This document shows positions 18,965 through 28,631 of a stretch of 52,205 nt of DNA, in pieces (the first letter of the stretch is position 1; every line of letters starts with the position of its first letter). The notes below the pieces were generated by a model. That model made no database searches. It had not been told where the DNA came from and was given only the letters and a program-made list of their open reading frames with translations. The position numbers and the translations under genes were made by a program. The stretch is from Gemmatimonadales bacterium (GTDB lineage: Bacteria; Gemmatimonadota; Gemmatimonadetes; Gemmatimonadales; GWC2-71-9): NCBI GenBank assembly GCA_045803245.1, contig JBJMPK010000129.1, forward strand, positions 1-52,205, read 5' to 3'.

Positions 18965-20054
18965 GACCATCGTGTCGGCCACGGCGCTGCGGGTCAGCCC
19001 GATCGCGACTTCTGCCGAGCGGGCAGCGTGGGACGAGCTGGCGGCCAGCTCTCCGGTAGGACACCGCCATCAGTGCCTCTGGTGGATGGAGCCTCTTGAA
19101 CGGTATGGCGTTCGGAGTCGCGCGCTTGGCTGCTGGAAAGGAAATCAACTGGTCGGCGGCGCGCTCTTCCGGTCGTACCCGATCCCATTCACCGGCGCTT
19201 CGATCATCGAGTGCCTCGACGGCCCGATTTTCCTGGCGTGGGAGGATGGCTGGGCGGATGAGTTCCTGGCTGGACTGATAGACTTCAGCCGCACCGCCCG
19301 CAGCATGGCGGTAGTCATCAGGGACTGCCGCGATGAGAATGTGCACCGTGGTGTGGTGGCCGCCCTGCGGCGCCGCGGACTTGCCGTTGGCCTGAGCCCG
19401 GGACCCACGGACGCTGTCCTGCAATTAAAGGACAGAACCATGGACCAGATCCGGGCTGGATTCAGTCATGGGACCCGTGGGCGCATTAAGAAAGGTCAGA
19501 AAGGCATTTCCATTCGGCGCCTGACCGGCACCCAAGACCTGGCCCAAGCCTACGAGGCGTGGATCGCCACCGCCCGGCGAAAGGGGTTTACCGACGTTCG
19601 GCCCTGGCTCGGACTCGAGGCGGTTCTGCGTCACTGCATCGACCAGGATCGGGGAATGGTGCTCGCGAGCTTTGTCGACGAACGGCTGCTCGCGGCAGCG
19701 TTCGTCACCCACATAGGAACAACTGCCAGCTGGGTATATGGTGGCTACATGGATGGCGCCGAGAAGCAGAATCCGACTCACGTCCTTCAGGATGAGGCGA
19801 TCAAGGAAAGCCTCGCCCGGGGTATGGTCGAATACAACTTCGGGTATCTCCTTGCGGAGTATCAACCCAGCGCGCGGGGGGTCGACGAGTTCAAGCTCGG
19901 CTTCGGCGCTGAGCCCAGCCGGCATCTGGAGACCATCACCTGGAAGCGACGTCCCCTGCTGTACTCCGCGGTCCAAGGTCTCAGGGGTGGACCGGTTGGC
20001 CGGCTGCTCGAGACCGTATTCAAGAAGAGGTTGATCCAGCGCGGGGAGGCTTGA
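18933..20054 (+). CDS. FemAB/FemX-like tandem GNAT protein (start uncertain)
   Basis: WDEL..SS...H.HQ..WW, GP motif, RGRIKKG.K.I.IR and YNFG...GVDEFKLGFG. Confidence 0.8.
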   Translation: MPASQTIGIAKTIVSATALRVSPIATSAERAAWDELAASSPVGHRHQCLWWMEPLERYGVRSRALGCWKGNQLVGGALFRSYPIPFTGASIIECLDGPIFLAWEDGWADEFLAGLIDFSRTARSMAVVIRDCRDENVHRGVVAALRRRGLAVGLSPGPTDAVLQLKDRTMDQIRAGFSHGTRGRIKKGQKGISIRRLTGTQDLAQAYEAWIATARRKGFTDVRPWLGLEAVLRHCIDQDRGMVLASFVDERLLAAAFVTHIGTTASWVYGGYMDGAEKQNPTHVLQDEAIKESLARGMVEYNFGYLLAEYQPSARGVDEFKLGFGAEPSRHLETITWKRRPLLYSAVQGLRGGPVGRLLETVFKKRLIQRGEA

Positions 20055-20158
20055 TCGGCCTTACGGGAAGTCCTGGTTTGCCGTAGAATGTGGAGCCCTT
20101 TGTAACCGCCCTCCTCGTGGGGAGGGCTCCTGGCCGCACGTCCGGCCCCGGAGCCTTC

Positions 20159-20827
20159 ATGCCCACGTTAACCCGTCGCCGGACCGATCCCCGTCCTGCG
20201 AGCGCTCTCCCCCCGGTGGAACCCATCACCCTCACATCCCGGACCGACGCGTTCGACGATCCCGACTGGCTCTTCGAGCCCAAATACGACGGCTTTCGTG
20301 GTTTGATCTATGCCTCGACCAGCGGCTGTGAGATCCGACTCCGGCAGGACTTTCGTTTCGACCGCCTGGAAGAGCTCAGGAGCCGAGTAGCCGGAGTGCT
20401 GGGTGCTCACGAAGTCATCCTGGACGGTGAGGTCGTCGCACTCGACCGGCAGGGCAAGCCGGTCTTCCGAGACCTGCTGCGGAGTCAGGGCTTCCTCGCG
20501 TTCGCCGCGTTCGACCTGCTGTGGCTCGAGGGTCACGACCTTCGCCCGATGCCGCTCAGCGAGCGGAAGCGACTCCTGTCGGAGCTCCTTCCGGAAGACA
20601 CCGGGCCGCTCTACAAAGTCCTCACCATGGAGGAGCACGGACGGGCGCTGCACTCCGCGATCAGGAAGATGGACCTGGCGGGGGTCGTGGGGAAACGAAA
20701 GAGCGATCCTTACGGCTCCGCAACGCTCTGGTATGAGATCAAGAATCCCGGGTACAGTCAGGGCGAGACGGTGGCGGACATGTTCCGGCGCCGAGAGCGT
20801 AGGAGGCGGGCCGGACGCTCAGCATAG
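20159..20827 (+). CDS. ATP-dependent DNA ligase adenylation domain only (LigD/LigC-like), motifs IV and V degenerate
   Basis: FEPKYDGFR (motif I), ILDGEVV (III) and AFDLLWL (IIIa). The ORF ends without an OB domain. Confidence 0.85.
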   Translation: MPTLTRRRTDPRPASALPPVEPITLTSRTDAFDDPDWLFEPKYDGFRGLIYASTSGCEIRLRQDFRFDRLEELRSRVAGVLGAHEVILDGEVVALDRQGKPVFRDLLRSQGFLAFAAFDLLWLEGHDLRPMPLSERKRLLSELLPEDTGPLYKVLTMEEHGRALHSAIRKMDLAGVVGKRKSDPYGSATLWYEIKNPGYSQGETVADMFRRRERRRRAGRSA

Positions 20828-20830
20828 CGG

Positions 20831-20947
20831 GGGTGGACGGTCGGGCGGACAGGCGGTCGGGTACTCTCCTGCCCGATCCGCGTGAGTTATGGTCGTTGAC
20901 CGTCCGCCCGTCCGACCGTCCACCCGTCCGCCCGTCCGCCCGTCCGC
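20831..20947. repeat. Inverted octamer-repeat (CCGTCCGN) hairpin element
   Basis: GGGTGGACGGTCGG... pairs with ...CCGACCGTCCACCC, followed by further CCCGTCCG units. It lies between convergent genes. Confidence 0.75.
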
Positions 20948-21387
20948 TAATGGGGGCCGATTCTCAGGTTTCTGGTGGCGACGTACACCTCGCGAAGGAA
21001 GCTGACCAATCCGGAGAAGAGCGCCAACATCGCGCTGGTGAACAGGACTCCGATCGCCGCGGACACATCGGTCGAGAAAAACGCGCCCACGAACAACGCT
21101 ACGATCACCGCACAGATCAGCAACGCGCATAAGGTGCATAGACTGACCGCGGTGTTGATCCAGCGGGCCCGGACCGAGAGCGACCCCAGCTCGTCGTGAA
21201 TCCGATTCTGATCGGCTTCAGAGACCAGGGACAGCCGGTCTTCGAGGGTGCGCGCGCGGTCGATGATGCGGGCAAGCCGGCTGGTCAAAACGGCCAGGAG
21301 CCCGCTGACACCGGTAAGCAGGAATACCGGGGCAACGGCGAGCTGAATCACATGCCCGACGGCGACGACCTGGGATTCGGTTTGCAT
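20947..21387 (-). CDS. DUF2721 membrane protein
   Basis: IQLAVAPVFLL...RLARIIDRAR and FLREV..AT motifs. Confidence 0.9.
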   Translation of the reverse strand: MQTESQVVAVGHVIQLAVAPVFLLTGVSGLLAVLTSRLARIIDRARTLEDRLSLVSEADQNRIHDELGSLSVRARWINTAVSLCTLCALLICAVIVALFVGAFFSTDVSAAIGVLFTSAMLALFSGLVSFLREVYVATRNLRIGPH

Positions 21388-21393
21388 GCGTGG

Positions 21394-21951
21394 TTACGCC
21401 GATTGATGCGCCTCGACGAACCAGAGCCACTTGTCGACGCCGCGCGAGATCTCGGTCAGGATATCGGCACTGTCGGCGTCTTCCAGCTCGTTCATCTCTT
21501 CTATCCCGAGCCGCACGGTACGGCCGAACAAGGCGAGCGCGTCAGACACAGCGTCCACGTGGTCGGATGCCGCTGAGAGCGTCGGCACGTAGTCGGGCAG
21601 GGTCGAGCGCCCGGCCACTATTCGAAGCGTCCCTTCGGCCACGCCCCCGAGCTGCACCACCCGCTCGGCCAGCAGATCGACGTACTCCTCGACTGATTCG
21701 TCGACTTCGTCGAACAGCTTGTGCAGCGCGATGAAGGTGGGTCCCTTCACATTCCAGTGAGCCTGCTTGCATTGCAACTGGAGATCGATACAGTCGGCCA
21801 GCCGCTGGTTCAGCAGTCCAATCGCCTCGCGCCGGCTGCTCTCAGGGAGATCGTTTTTCGTGGGAAAGAGGCGGACGACGTCGAACCGCGTCTCCGAGGC
21901 GTTCAGAGACTCGGAACGAGCCGCGGGACGGGGAGTTTTGGTGTGAGGCAT
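21394..21951 (-). CDS. dps: DNA starvation/stationary phase protection protein Dps
   Basis: KQAHWNVKGPTFIALHKLFD, DLLAERVVQLGG and DKWLWFVEAH motifs. Confidence 0.96.
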   Translation of the reverse strand: MPHTKTPRPAARSESLNASETRFDVVRLFPTKNDLPESSRREAIGLLNQRLADCIDLQLQCKQAHWNVKGPTFIALHKLFDEVDESVEEYVDLLAERVVQLGGVAEGTLRIVAGRSTLPDYVPTLSAASDHVDAVSDALALFGRTVRLGIEEMNELEDADSADILTEISRGVDKWLWFVEAHQSA

Positions 21952-22240
21952 GAGAATCTCCTATGGAGTGGTTGGTGACGGCACTCGATGGGGCCGGCCG
22001 CTAGATGGGTACCGCAACCTCTGCCGGAAATCCGTAGCTGCTCTAGCATAATCGTGCTACTGACATCCCGAAGAGGGGCTGGTGTCGCAGTGCCGCTGAT
22101 GCGCTTTGGCGTAAGGCACGCCACATCAACGACCGGATGCACGCGATTGGGAGTAGCCGGCACCAGCTCGAATGTTCACTAAGCTGGGGCAGCCGATAAG
22201 AAAGTTCTTGGATCCGGGTGCTCCCCCGACTGGGGAGGTG

Positions 22241-23761
22241 TCAGCGCGGCGGGACGGAGTCCGTCGGGGTCACCGGCCACCCACCGCCCAGAGCCCGATA
22301 GAGCGTGACCGCTGCTGTGGCCTGCTGACCCTCCACCTGCGCGAGAGAGAGCTCGGCGCCGAAGAGGCTCCGCTGGGCGTCGAGCAGATCGAGGTAGCTC
22401 GATGCGCCCGACTGGTAACGCATTTCGGCTAATCGAAGGGCCCGGCGCAGCGCGTCCACCTGGGTCTGCTGCGCGGCCACCTGGTTGCGTGACGCCCGGA
22501 CCCCAGTAATTGCATCCTCCACCTCACGAAGCGCGGTGAGCACCGTCTGCTCGTAGCCATAGCGCGATTGTTCCGCCCGGGCGCGAGCCACGTCCACCTG
22601 CTTGCCCACCCTTCCGCCGGTGAAGAGCGGCATCGAGACGCCACCGAGGATCTGATAGATCTCGCTGTTGTTCTTGAACAGGTCGTCGGCGTTGGAGGCA
22701 TAGGTGCCGTAGTCCCCCGTCACCATGAGCTTGGGCAAGAGGTCACCCTTCGCGACGCCGATCCGGGCGGTGGCCGCGTGAAACTGGGCCTCGGCCTGGC
22801 GCACGTCAGGCCGGCGCTCGAGCAGGTCGGACGGGAGGGACGCCGGCACCTTCAGGTCTCCCAGTACCTCGGTGAGTGGCCGGCCGCGGGGAATGCCGCC
22901 CGGGTTGCGGCCTACCAGCACGCTGAGCTGGTTTTCCGTCTGACGGATCTGTCCCTCCAGCTGAGCAACGCTGGCCGCCGGGCTGGCCACTTCGGATTCG
23001 AACTGCCGCACATCCAGCTCGGAGATCAGTCCCTGATCGAACCGCCGCCGCGCCAGCCGGAACGTCTCCCGGTTGGCGGCGAGAGTTCGGCGCGAAATCT
23101 CCAGCGCCAGATCCAGCTGGCGGAGCTGGAGATAGGTTGTGGCGACATCACTCACGAGCGTGAGCACTACGGCGCGTTGATTCTCCCGCTGGGCCAGCAG
23201 GTCGTTCCGCGCGGCCTCAGTGGAACGGCGGATCCGTCCCCAGAAATCGAGCTCCCAGGCCAGATTTGCGGTGGCCTGAAGCTGGTTGTAGGTGAAGGAG
23301 CCCAGGGTGCCCAGCACTGTCTGGGTACGGCCTCCCTGGGCATTCAACGAGATCTGAGGAAAGAAGTCGCCCCGGGCCACGCCATACTGGGCGCGGAACT
23401 CGTCGATCGTGGCGATGGCGACCCGTACGTCGCGGTTTTCCCGGAGCGCCGTTTCGACCAGCGTGCGGAGCGCCGGATCGCGCAACAGATCGAACCAGAC
23501 GAGATTCGGCGTCGTGTCGGCGAGGAAGATCCTATCCCCTGCAGAGCTGTCGACCGATACCGCCTGCGTCCGGCCGGGATTGAGCGGAAGCGTGTCGCGG
23601 TTGGCTATGAGCGAGTCATAGAAGGGCCGGAGCGAGTCCACTGTGGGATTGATGCGGCGCCATTCTGCCGGCACGCCCAGCTCCGGGCGGCGGTAGCCGG
23701 GCCCAACGGCACAGCCCACGGTGGCGGACAAGACGAGGATTCCCCAGGCTAGTCGGGCCAT
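22241..23761 (-). CDS. RND efflux outer-membrane lipoprotein (NodT/OprM family)
   Basis: Lipobox VGC-AVGP.Y.RP, WELDFWGRIRR, LLERRPDV and LYRALGGGW. Confidence 0.95.
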   Translation of the reverse strand: MARLAWGILVLSATVGCAVGPGYRRPELGVPAEWRRINPTVDSLRPFYDSLIANRDTLPLNPGRTQAVSVDSSAGDRIFLADTTPNLVWFDLLRDPALRTLVETALRENRDVRVAIATIDEFRAQYGVARGDFFPQISLNAQGGRTQTVLGTLGSFTYNQLQATANLAWELDFWGRIRRSTEAARNDLLAQRENQRAVVLTLVSDVATTYLQLRQLDLALEISRRTLAANRETFRLARRRFDQGLISELDVRQFESEVASPAASVAQLEGQIRQTENQLSVLVGRNPGGIPRGRPLTEVLGDLKVPASLPSDLLERRPDVRQAEAQFHAATARIGVAKGDLLPKLMVTGDYGTYASNADDLFKNNSEIYQILGGVSMPLFTGGRVGKQVDVARARAEQSRYGYEQTVLTALREVEDAITGVRASRNQVAAQQTQVDALRRALRLAEMRYQSGASSYLDLLDAQRSLFGAELSLAQVEGQQATAAVTLYRALGGGWPVTPTDSVPPR

Positions 23762-23762
23762 T

Positions 23763-26700
23763 TCAGGATTCACCGTCGGAGTGGGGCGTGGCACCCGCGC
23801 CGGCCGGGATCGGAGCCATTGCCCGGCGACGGAAGAGCCCCCGCTCCCCCAGTCTGCCGATCAAATAGAAGAAGAACGGGATGAAGAAGACCCCGACGGT
23901 GGTCGCGGCGAGCATACCGAAGAAGACACCGGTCCCGATCGAGTGACGGCTCTGGGCCCCGGCCCCGCTGGCGATCAAGAGCGGAGCGACCCCTAGAATG
24001 AAGGCGAAGGACGTCATGAGGATCGGCCGGAAGCGCTCGCGGGCCGCCTCGATCGCGGCCTCGCTGAGGGTGCGTCCCTGGGCCCGAAGCTGGGTAGCAA
24101 ACTCCACGATTAGAATCGCGTTCTTGGCCGCGAGCCCAACCACCACCAGCAGCCCGATCTGGAAATACACGTCGCTCGGCATGCCGCGCAGCCACACGCC
24201 GAGGAACGCGCCGAAGGCGCCGAAGGGAATCCCGAAGAGCACGGCGAAGGGGATGGACCAGCTCTCGTACTGCGCCGCCAGCACCAGGAACACCATGACC
24301 AGGCCCAAAACAAAAATGACTCCACTCTGCCCGCCGGCAGTCCCTTCCTGATACGACTGGCCGCTGAAGGCATAGCCCACCCCGCGGGGTGCAAAGGCAG
24401 AGTCTGCGACCCGGCGAACCGCCGCGAGCATCTGGCCGGAGCTGTAGCCCGGCTTGGGTTGCCCAGTCACCAGCGCGGAAGTAAACCCGTTGAATCGCTG
24501 GACCAGGCTGGGCCCGCCCCGAAATTCGATATGTACGAGGCTCGAGATCGGGATCATGGCCCCGTCAGGCCCACGCACATACAGCCGGCCGATGTCTTCC
24601 GGCTTCAGCCGGAATTGTGGCTGGGCCTCGAGCTGCACCCGATAGGTTCGTCCAAACAGGTTGAAGTCGTTCACGTAGAGCGTCGACAACATGGTCTGGA
24701 GAGTTTGGAACACCGCCGAGAGCGACACGCCCAGCGACTTGACCTTCTCCCGATCCACGTTGACGTAGATCTGGGGCACGTTCACTCGCATCAGCGACTG
24801 GACGCCTTGCAGCTCGGGCTGGGCGTTGGCTTGCTGGGTGAACTCGTTCACCAGTCCGGCGAACTTGCGGATGTCGTTGACGCTCCGGTCCTGAAGGTTG
24901 ACCTCCAGGCCTGCCGTTGTTCCCAGACCGGGGATCTCCGGCAGATTGAAGCCGAACGCCACGGCGTCCTTCAGCCCGAAGAGAAACTTGTTGGTCCCGG
25001 CCAACACGGCATCGAGCTGGTCCTGTTTTTTGGTGCGTTCGTCCCAGGGTTTCAGCAGCACGAACATCGACGCGGAGTTGGTCTGGTTGGTGCCGAGGAT
25101 GAAGCTCAACCCGGCGAAATTGGCCACATACGCCACCGCCGGCTGCTTCAGCAGGTACTTCTCGATCTGGTTGCTGACGTCTATGGTCCGCTGGAGCGAA
25201 GCGCCGTCAGGCAGTTGCAGCACCACACCGAAGTAACCCTTGTCTTCGGTGGGAATGAACCCGCTGGGCACCCGGCGCACGAGCACCAGAATGAGCACCA
25301 GCATCACGGCGAACAGGGCGAGCCAGCGCGATGGGCGGGCGATGACCCCACCCACCGAGCGCACGTAGCGCTCACTCACCCACCCGAACCCCCGGTTGAA
25401 CCAGCCGAACAGGCGATTGCTCGACTCGCCCTGGTTGGGCTTCAGCAGCACCGCACACAGTGCCGGCGTGAGCGTGAGCGCGACCATCCCCGAGATCACC
25501 ACCGACACCACCAGCGTGATGGCGAACTGGGTGTACATCTTGCCGGTGATGCCGCCGAGAAAGGCAACCGGAAGAAATACGGCGCAGAGCGACAGCACGA
25601 TCGCGATCAGGGCGCTGGCCACCTGACCCATGGCCCGGTCGGCCGCCACCCGCGGCGACACTTTCTCCTCCGCCATGATACGCTCGACATTCTCGATGAC
25701 AACGATCGCATCGTCCACCACGATGCCGATGGCGAGCACCAGGGCAAACAGCGTGAGCAGGTTTATCTGAAACCCGAGCATCTGAAGACCGAAAAAGGTC
25801 CCGATGATCGCGACCGGAACGGCTAACACCGGGATCAGCGTCGTGCGCCAGTTCTGCAGAAAGATGAACACCACCAGCGTCACCAGGGCCATGGCCTCGA
25901 ACAGGGTCTTGGCCACCTCGTCGATCGATGCCGTGATGAAGGGCGTGGTATCGAAGGGAATGAACCAGGTCACCCCCGCCGGAAAGCTCTTGGACAGCTC
26001 GTTCATCCGGGCCACGACTGCCTGCTTCACGTTCAGCGCGTTCGCGCCGGGCCTGAGATAGAGCCGGATGGCAGCGGTGGGAACGCTGTTGACCCGGCCG
26101 ACCAGGTCGTAGCTCTGGGACCCGAGCGTCACCTTGCCGATGTCTCTGACTCGGACCAGCGAGCCATCAGGGTTGGCGCGGACGATGATGTCGGCGAACT
26201 GCTTGGGATCGGTGAGCCGGCCCAGGGTCGTCACCGGAATGGTCAGCTGATTCCCCGCCGGCGCCGGCTCCCGGCCGATGCGGCCGGCCGGATTGGTGGT
26301 GTTCTGCTCCTGCACCGCGGCCTGTACATCCGAGACCGTGAGACCCAGCTGGGCCATACGGTCCGGATCGAGGCTCAACAACATCGAGAACTGCAGGTTC
26401 CCTATCCCCGCGGCGTCACCTACCCCGGGAAGCCGCTTCAGCTCGTCGATGATATAGATCCGGGCGTAGTTGTTGAGATAGGTCGCGTCGTAGCGCGGGT
26501 CCTTGGAGCTGAGCCCGATGACCGCGAGAATGTCGGTCTGGGCCTTGGTTATGGTGATCCCTTGCCGCACGACCTCCTGCGGGAGCTGCGGCTCCGCCAG
26601 GCTGACCTGGTTCTGGACGTCCACGGCCGCGAGGTCGAGGTCCCGCGAGAGATCGAAGTACACCTGCAGGCTCATCGTCCCGTCGCTGGCGTTGGACGAC

Positions 26701-26960
26701 TTATAGTAGAGCAGTCCATCAAGACCGGAGAGCTGCTGTTCGATCGGCGCCGCGACCGCGTTGGCTACGTCTTCGGCGGTGGCGCCCGGATAGACCGCGG
26801 AGACCTGGACCGAGGGTGGGGTAATCGGGGGATACCGATTGATCGGCAGCGTCGTGAGGGCGAACAGACCGAGCAGCACGACCACGATCGAAATGACGGC
26901 CGCGAAGATCGGCCGCCGGATGAACAGGTATTTGATCTCGGGCTCCGGCGTGGCGGTCAT
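23763..26960 (-). CDS. HAE1 RND efflux permease (AcrB/MexB family)
   Basis: FIRRPIFA, GIVVDDAIVVIENVER, AKNAILIVEFA and RFRPILMTS motifs. Confidence 0.97.
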   Translation of the reverse strand: MTATPEPEIKYLFIRRPIFAAVISIVVVLLGLFALTTLPINRYPPITPPSVQVSAVYPGATAEDVANAVAAPIEQQLSGLDGLLYYKSSNASDGTMSLQVYFDLSRDLDLAAVDVQNQVSLAEPQLPQEVVRQGITITKAQTDILAVIGLSSKDPRYDATYLNNYARIYIIDELKRLPGVGDAAGIGNLQFSMLLSLDPDRMAQLGLTVSDVQAAVQEQNTTNPAGRIGREPAPAGNQLTIPVTTLGRLTDPKQFADIIVRANPDGSLVRVRDIGKVTLGSQSYDLVGRVNSVPTAAIRLYLRPGANALNVKQAVVARMNELSKSFPAGVTWFIPFDTTPFITASIDEVAKTLFEAMALVTLVVFIFLQNWRTTLIPVLAVPVAIIGTFFGLQMLGFQINLLTLFALVLAIGIVVDDAIVVIENVERIMAEEKVSPRVAADRAMGQVASALIAIVLSLCAVFLPVAFLGGITGKMYTQFAITLVVSVVISGMVALTLTPALCAVLLKPNQGESSNRLFGWFNRGFGWVSERYVRSVGGVIARPSRWLALFAVMLVLILVLVRRVPSGFIPTEDKGYFGVVLQLPDGASLQRTIDVSNQIEKYLLKQPAVAYVANFAGLSFILGTNQTNSASMFVLLKPWDERTKKQDQLDAVLAGTNKFLFGLKDAVAFGFNLPEIPGLGTTAGLEVNLQDRSVNDIRKFAGLVNEFTQQANAQPELQGVQSLMRVNVPQIYVNVDREKVKSLGVSLSAVFQTLQTMLSTLYVNDFNLFGRTYRVQLEAQPQFRLKPEDIGRLYVRGPDGAMIPISSLVHIEFRGGPSLVQRFNGFTSALVTGQPKPGYSSGQMLAAVRRVADSAFAPRGVGYAFSGQSYQEGTAGGQSGVIFVLGLVMVFLVLAAQYESWSIPFAVLFGIPFGAFGAFLGVWLRGMPSDVYFQIGLLVVVGLAAKNAILIVEFATQLRAQGRTLSEAAIEAARERFRPILMTSFAFILGVAPLLIASGAGAQSRHSIGTGVFFGMLAATTVGVFFIPFFFYLIGRLGERGLFRRRAMAPIPAGAGATPHSDGES

Positions 26961-28219
26961 CGCCGCTCTCCCAGCTCCGGCCGGTTCTGGATCGGCGGTG
27001 GAGCGGAAGGCGGGGCGATGACCGTCGAGTCGGCCCGAATCGCGAGTGTGGTATCGCTCTTCGGATCATAGGCGACGGCCCGTACCGGGGCGTCCGGCCT
27101 GATCTTCTGAGAGCCATCCACGATGACCTTGTCGCCCGGCTTGAGCCCATCGTCGATGATCCACTGGGTACCCTGCCAGGCGGTGGCGCTCACCGGCTGG
27201 GCGCTCACCTTGTTGCTGTCCGTGAGGGTGTAGACGAACGGGCCGTTCAGCCCCTGCTGTACCGCCCGCTGCGGCACCAGGATGGCATCGTTCCGCTTGA
27301 GGCCCAGAAACCGCACCCGTACGAACTGCCCCGGCAACAGGGTGTGCTGCGGATTGGAAAATTCGGCCCGGAGCTGGAGCGCGCCGGTGTTGGCCTGAAG
27401 CGCCACGGCGACGAAGTTCAGCTTTCCGGTCTGGCGGAAGACGCTCCCGTCGGCCAGGGTAGCCTGCACGTCAATCATGCCCTTGGGCAGTACCAGGCGC
27501 TTGGCGGCAATGTCCCGCCGCCACTGGAGGACCTCCTGGTCCGAGGGGTTGAAGTAGACGTAGATCGGATCCACCTGATCGACCGTGGTCAGCTGGTCGG
27601 CCGACCCCGATGTGAGCGCCCCGACCTCCATGATAGCGCGTCCCGCTCGCCCGTCGATCTCGGAGCGGACATAGGTGTCATCGTAGTTCTTCTTGGCGGC
27701 ATCCACCGCGGCCCGGGCATCGAGGACCGCTGCGCGTCCCTGGTCATACGCCGCCTGGGCGTTGTCGACGTCCTGCTGCGCCACCGCCCGCTCCTCCAGC
27801 AACGGCTTGAGCCGGTTGAGGGTGCGCTCGGCATTGGCGAACTGGGCCTCGCTCTCCGCCAGCCGGGCCTTGGCGCTCTCGTAGTTCGCCTGGTAAGTAC
27901 GGGGATCGATGCGGTAGAGGACCTTCCCCTTCGGCACATCGGTGCCTTCCACGTAGGGACGCTCGACGATCACGCCCGAGACCTGGGCCCGCACCTGAAC
28001 GCTCTTGGACGCCGCAGCCTGGGCCACCCATTCGTACTGTCCCGGGATGGTTTGGCGCTGAACCGCCAGCACGCTGACCTCAGGCGGTGGTGGTGCCGCG
28101 GGGGCCGCCTTCTTGCGGCAGCCCAAGATGAGAGGAGCTAAGCAGGCAATACCCAGAACGGCGGTCCGCACCATCGGACTCGCCGGCCGCACGGCTGTCG
28201 AATTCACGTCGCTCTCCAT
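26957..28219 (-). CDS. RND periplasmic adaptor (AcrA family) lipoprotein; may start at 28174
   Basis: Lipobox ILGC, VRAQVSG, LYRIDP, LLPGQFVR and GLKPGDKVIVDG. Confidence 0.93.
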   Translation of the reverse strand: MESDVNSTAVRPASPMVRTAVLGIACLAPLILGCRKKAAPAAPPPPEVSVLAVQRQTIPGQYEWVAQAAASKSVQVRAQVSGVIVERPYVEGTDVPKGKVLYRIDPRTYQANYESAKARLAESEAQFANAERTLNRLKPLLEERAVAQQDVDNAQAAYDQGRAAVLDARAAVDAAKKNYDDTYVRSEIDGRAGRAIMEVGALTSGSADQLTTVDQVDPIYVYFNPSDQEVLQWRRDIAAKRLVLPKGMIDVQATLADGSVFRQTGKLNFVAVALQANTGALQLRAEFSNPQHTLLPGQFVRVRFLGLKRNDAILVPQRAVQQGLNGPFVYTLTDSNKVSAQPVSATAWQGTQWIIDDGLKPGDKVIVDGSQKIRPDAPVRAVAYDPKSDTTLAIRADSTVIAPPSAPPPIQNRPELGERR

Positions 28220-28558
28220 GCGCTGGGGGGACTCGATCACCAACCAGGTCCGAAGCGTTCGGATCAGGACCAAGATCCCACCCGGCGCGAGGGACCGCTA
28301 GCACGGCAGTGCTTCCCCGATTGGGGGGCAGCGGCCTGCCCAGCTCGGGGAGGCAGCCCTGGCGGTGTGAAGCGGATTCGACCGTTACGGTGCCGGTCAT
28401 GAACGGGTGAGGATTCGCAGTGGTAGGGGGAGACGCCGGGCGGGTCGAAGGTCCGGAAGCGAGCTGAGGGAATCGCGTCACGCGAGTCCCGAGTGGGTAG
28501 GTTGCCGCCAGCTGAACTGGGTAAGATATTTCGGAAATGGATGGTTTGGATACACGCG

Positions 28559-28631
28559 GGGGGCGTAGCTCAGTTGGTAGAGCAAGGGACTTTTAATCCC
28601 TAGGTCGTGGGTTCGAGTCCCACCGCCCTCA
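28559..28631 (+). tRNA. tRNA-Lys (TTT), CCA not encoded
   Basis: GGGGGCGTAGCTCAGTTGGTAGAGCAAGGGACTTTTAATCCCTAGGTCGTGGGTTCGAGTCCCACCGCCCTCA folds as a cloverleaf. Confidence 0.96.

Noticed and set aside
20831-20947. Possible CRISPR array
   Set aside because: The units are 8 bp and contiguous with no unique spacers, and no cas genes are present.
28080-28481. 133 aa ORF or structured RNA upstream of the RND operon
   Set aside because: The ORF is Pro/Arg-rich, overlaps the adaptor gene out of frame and has no motifs. No SRP, tmRNA or RNase P consensus was found.
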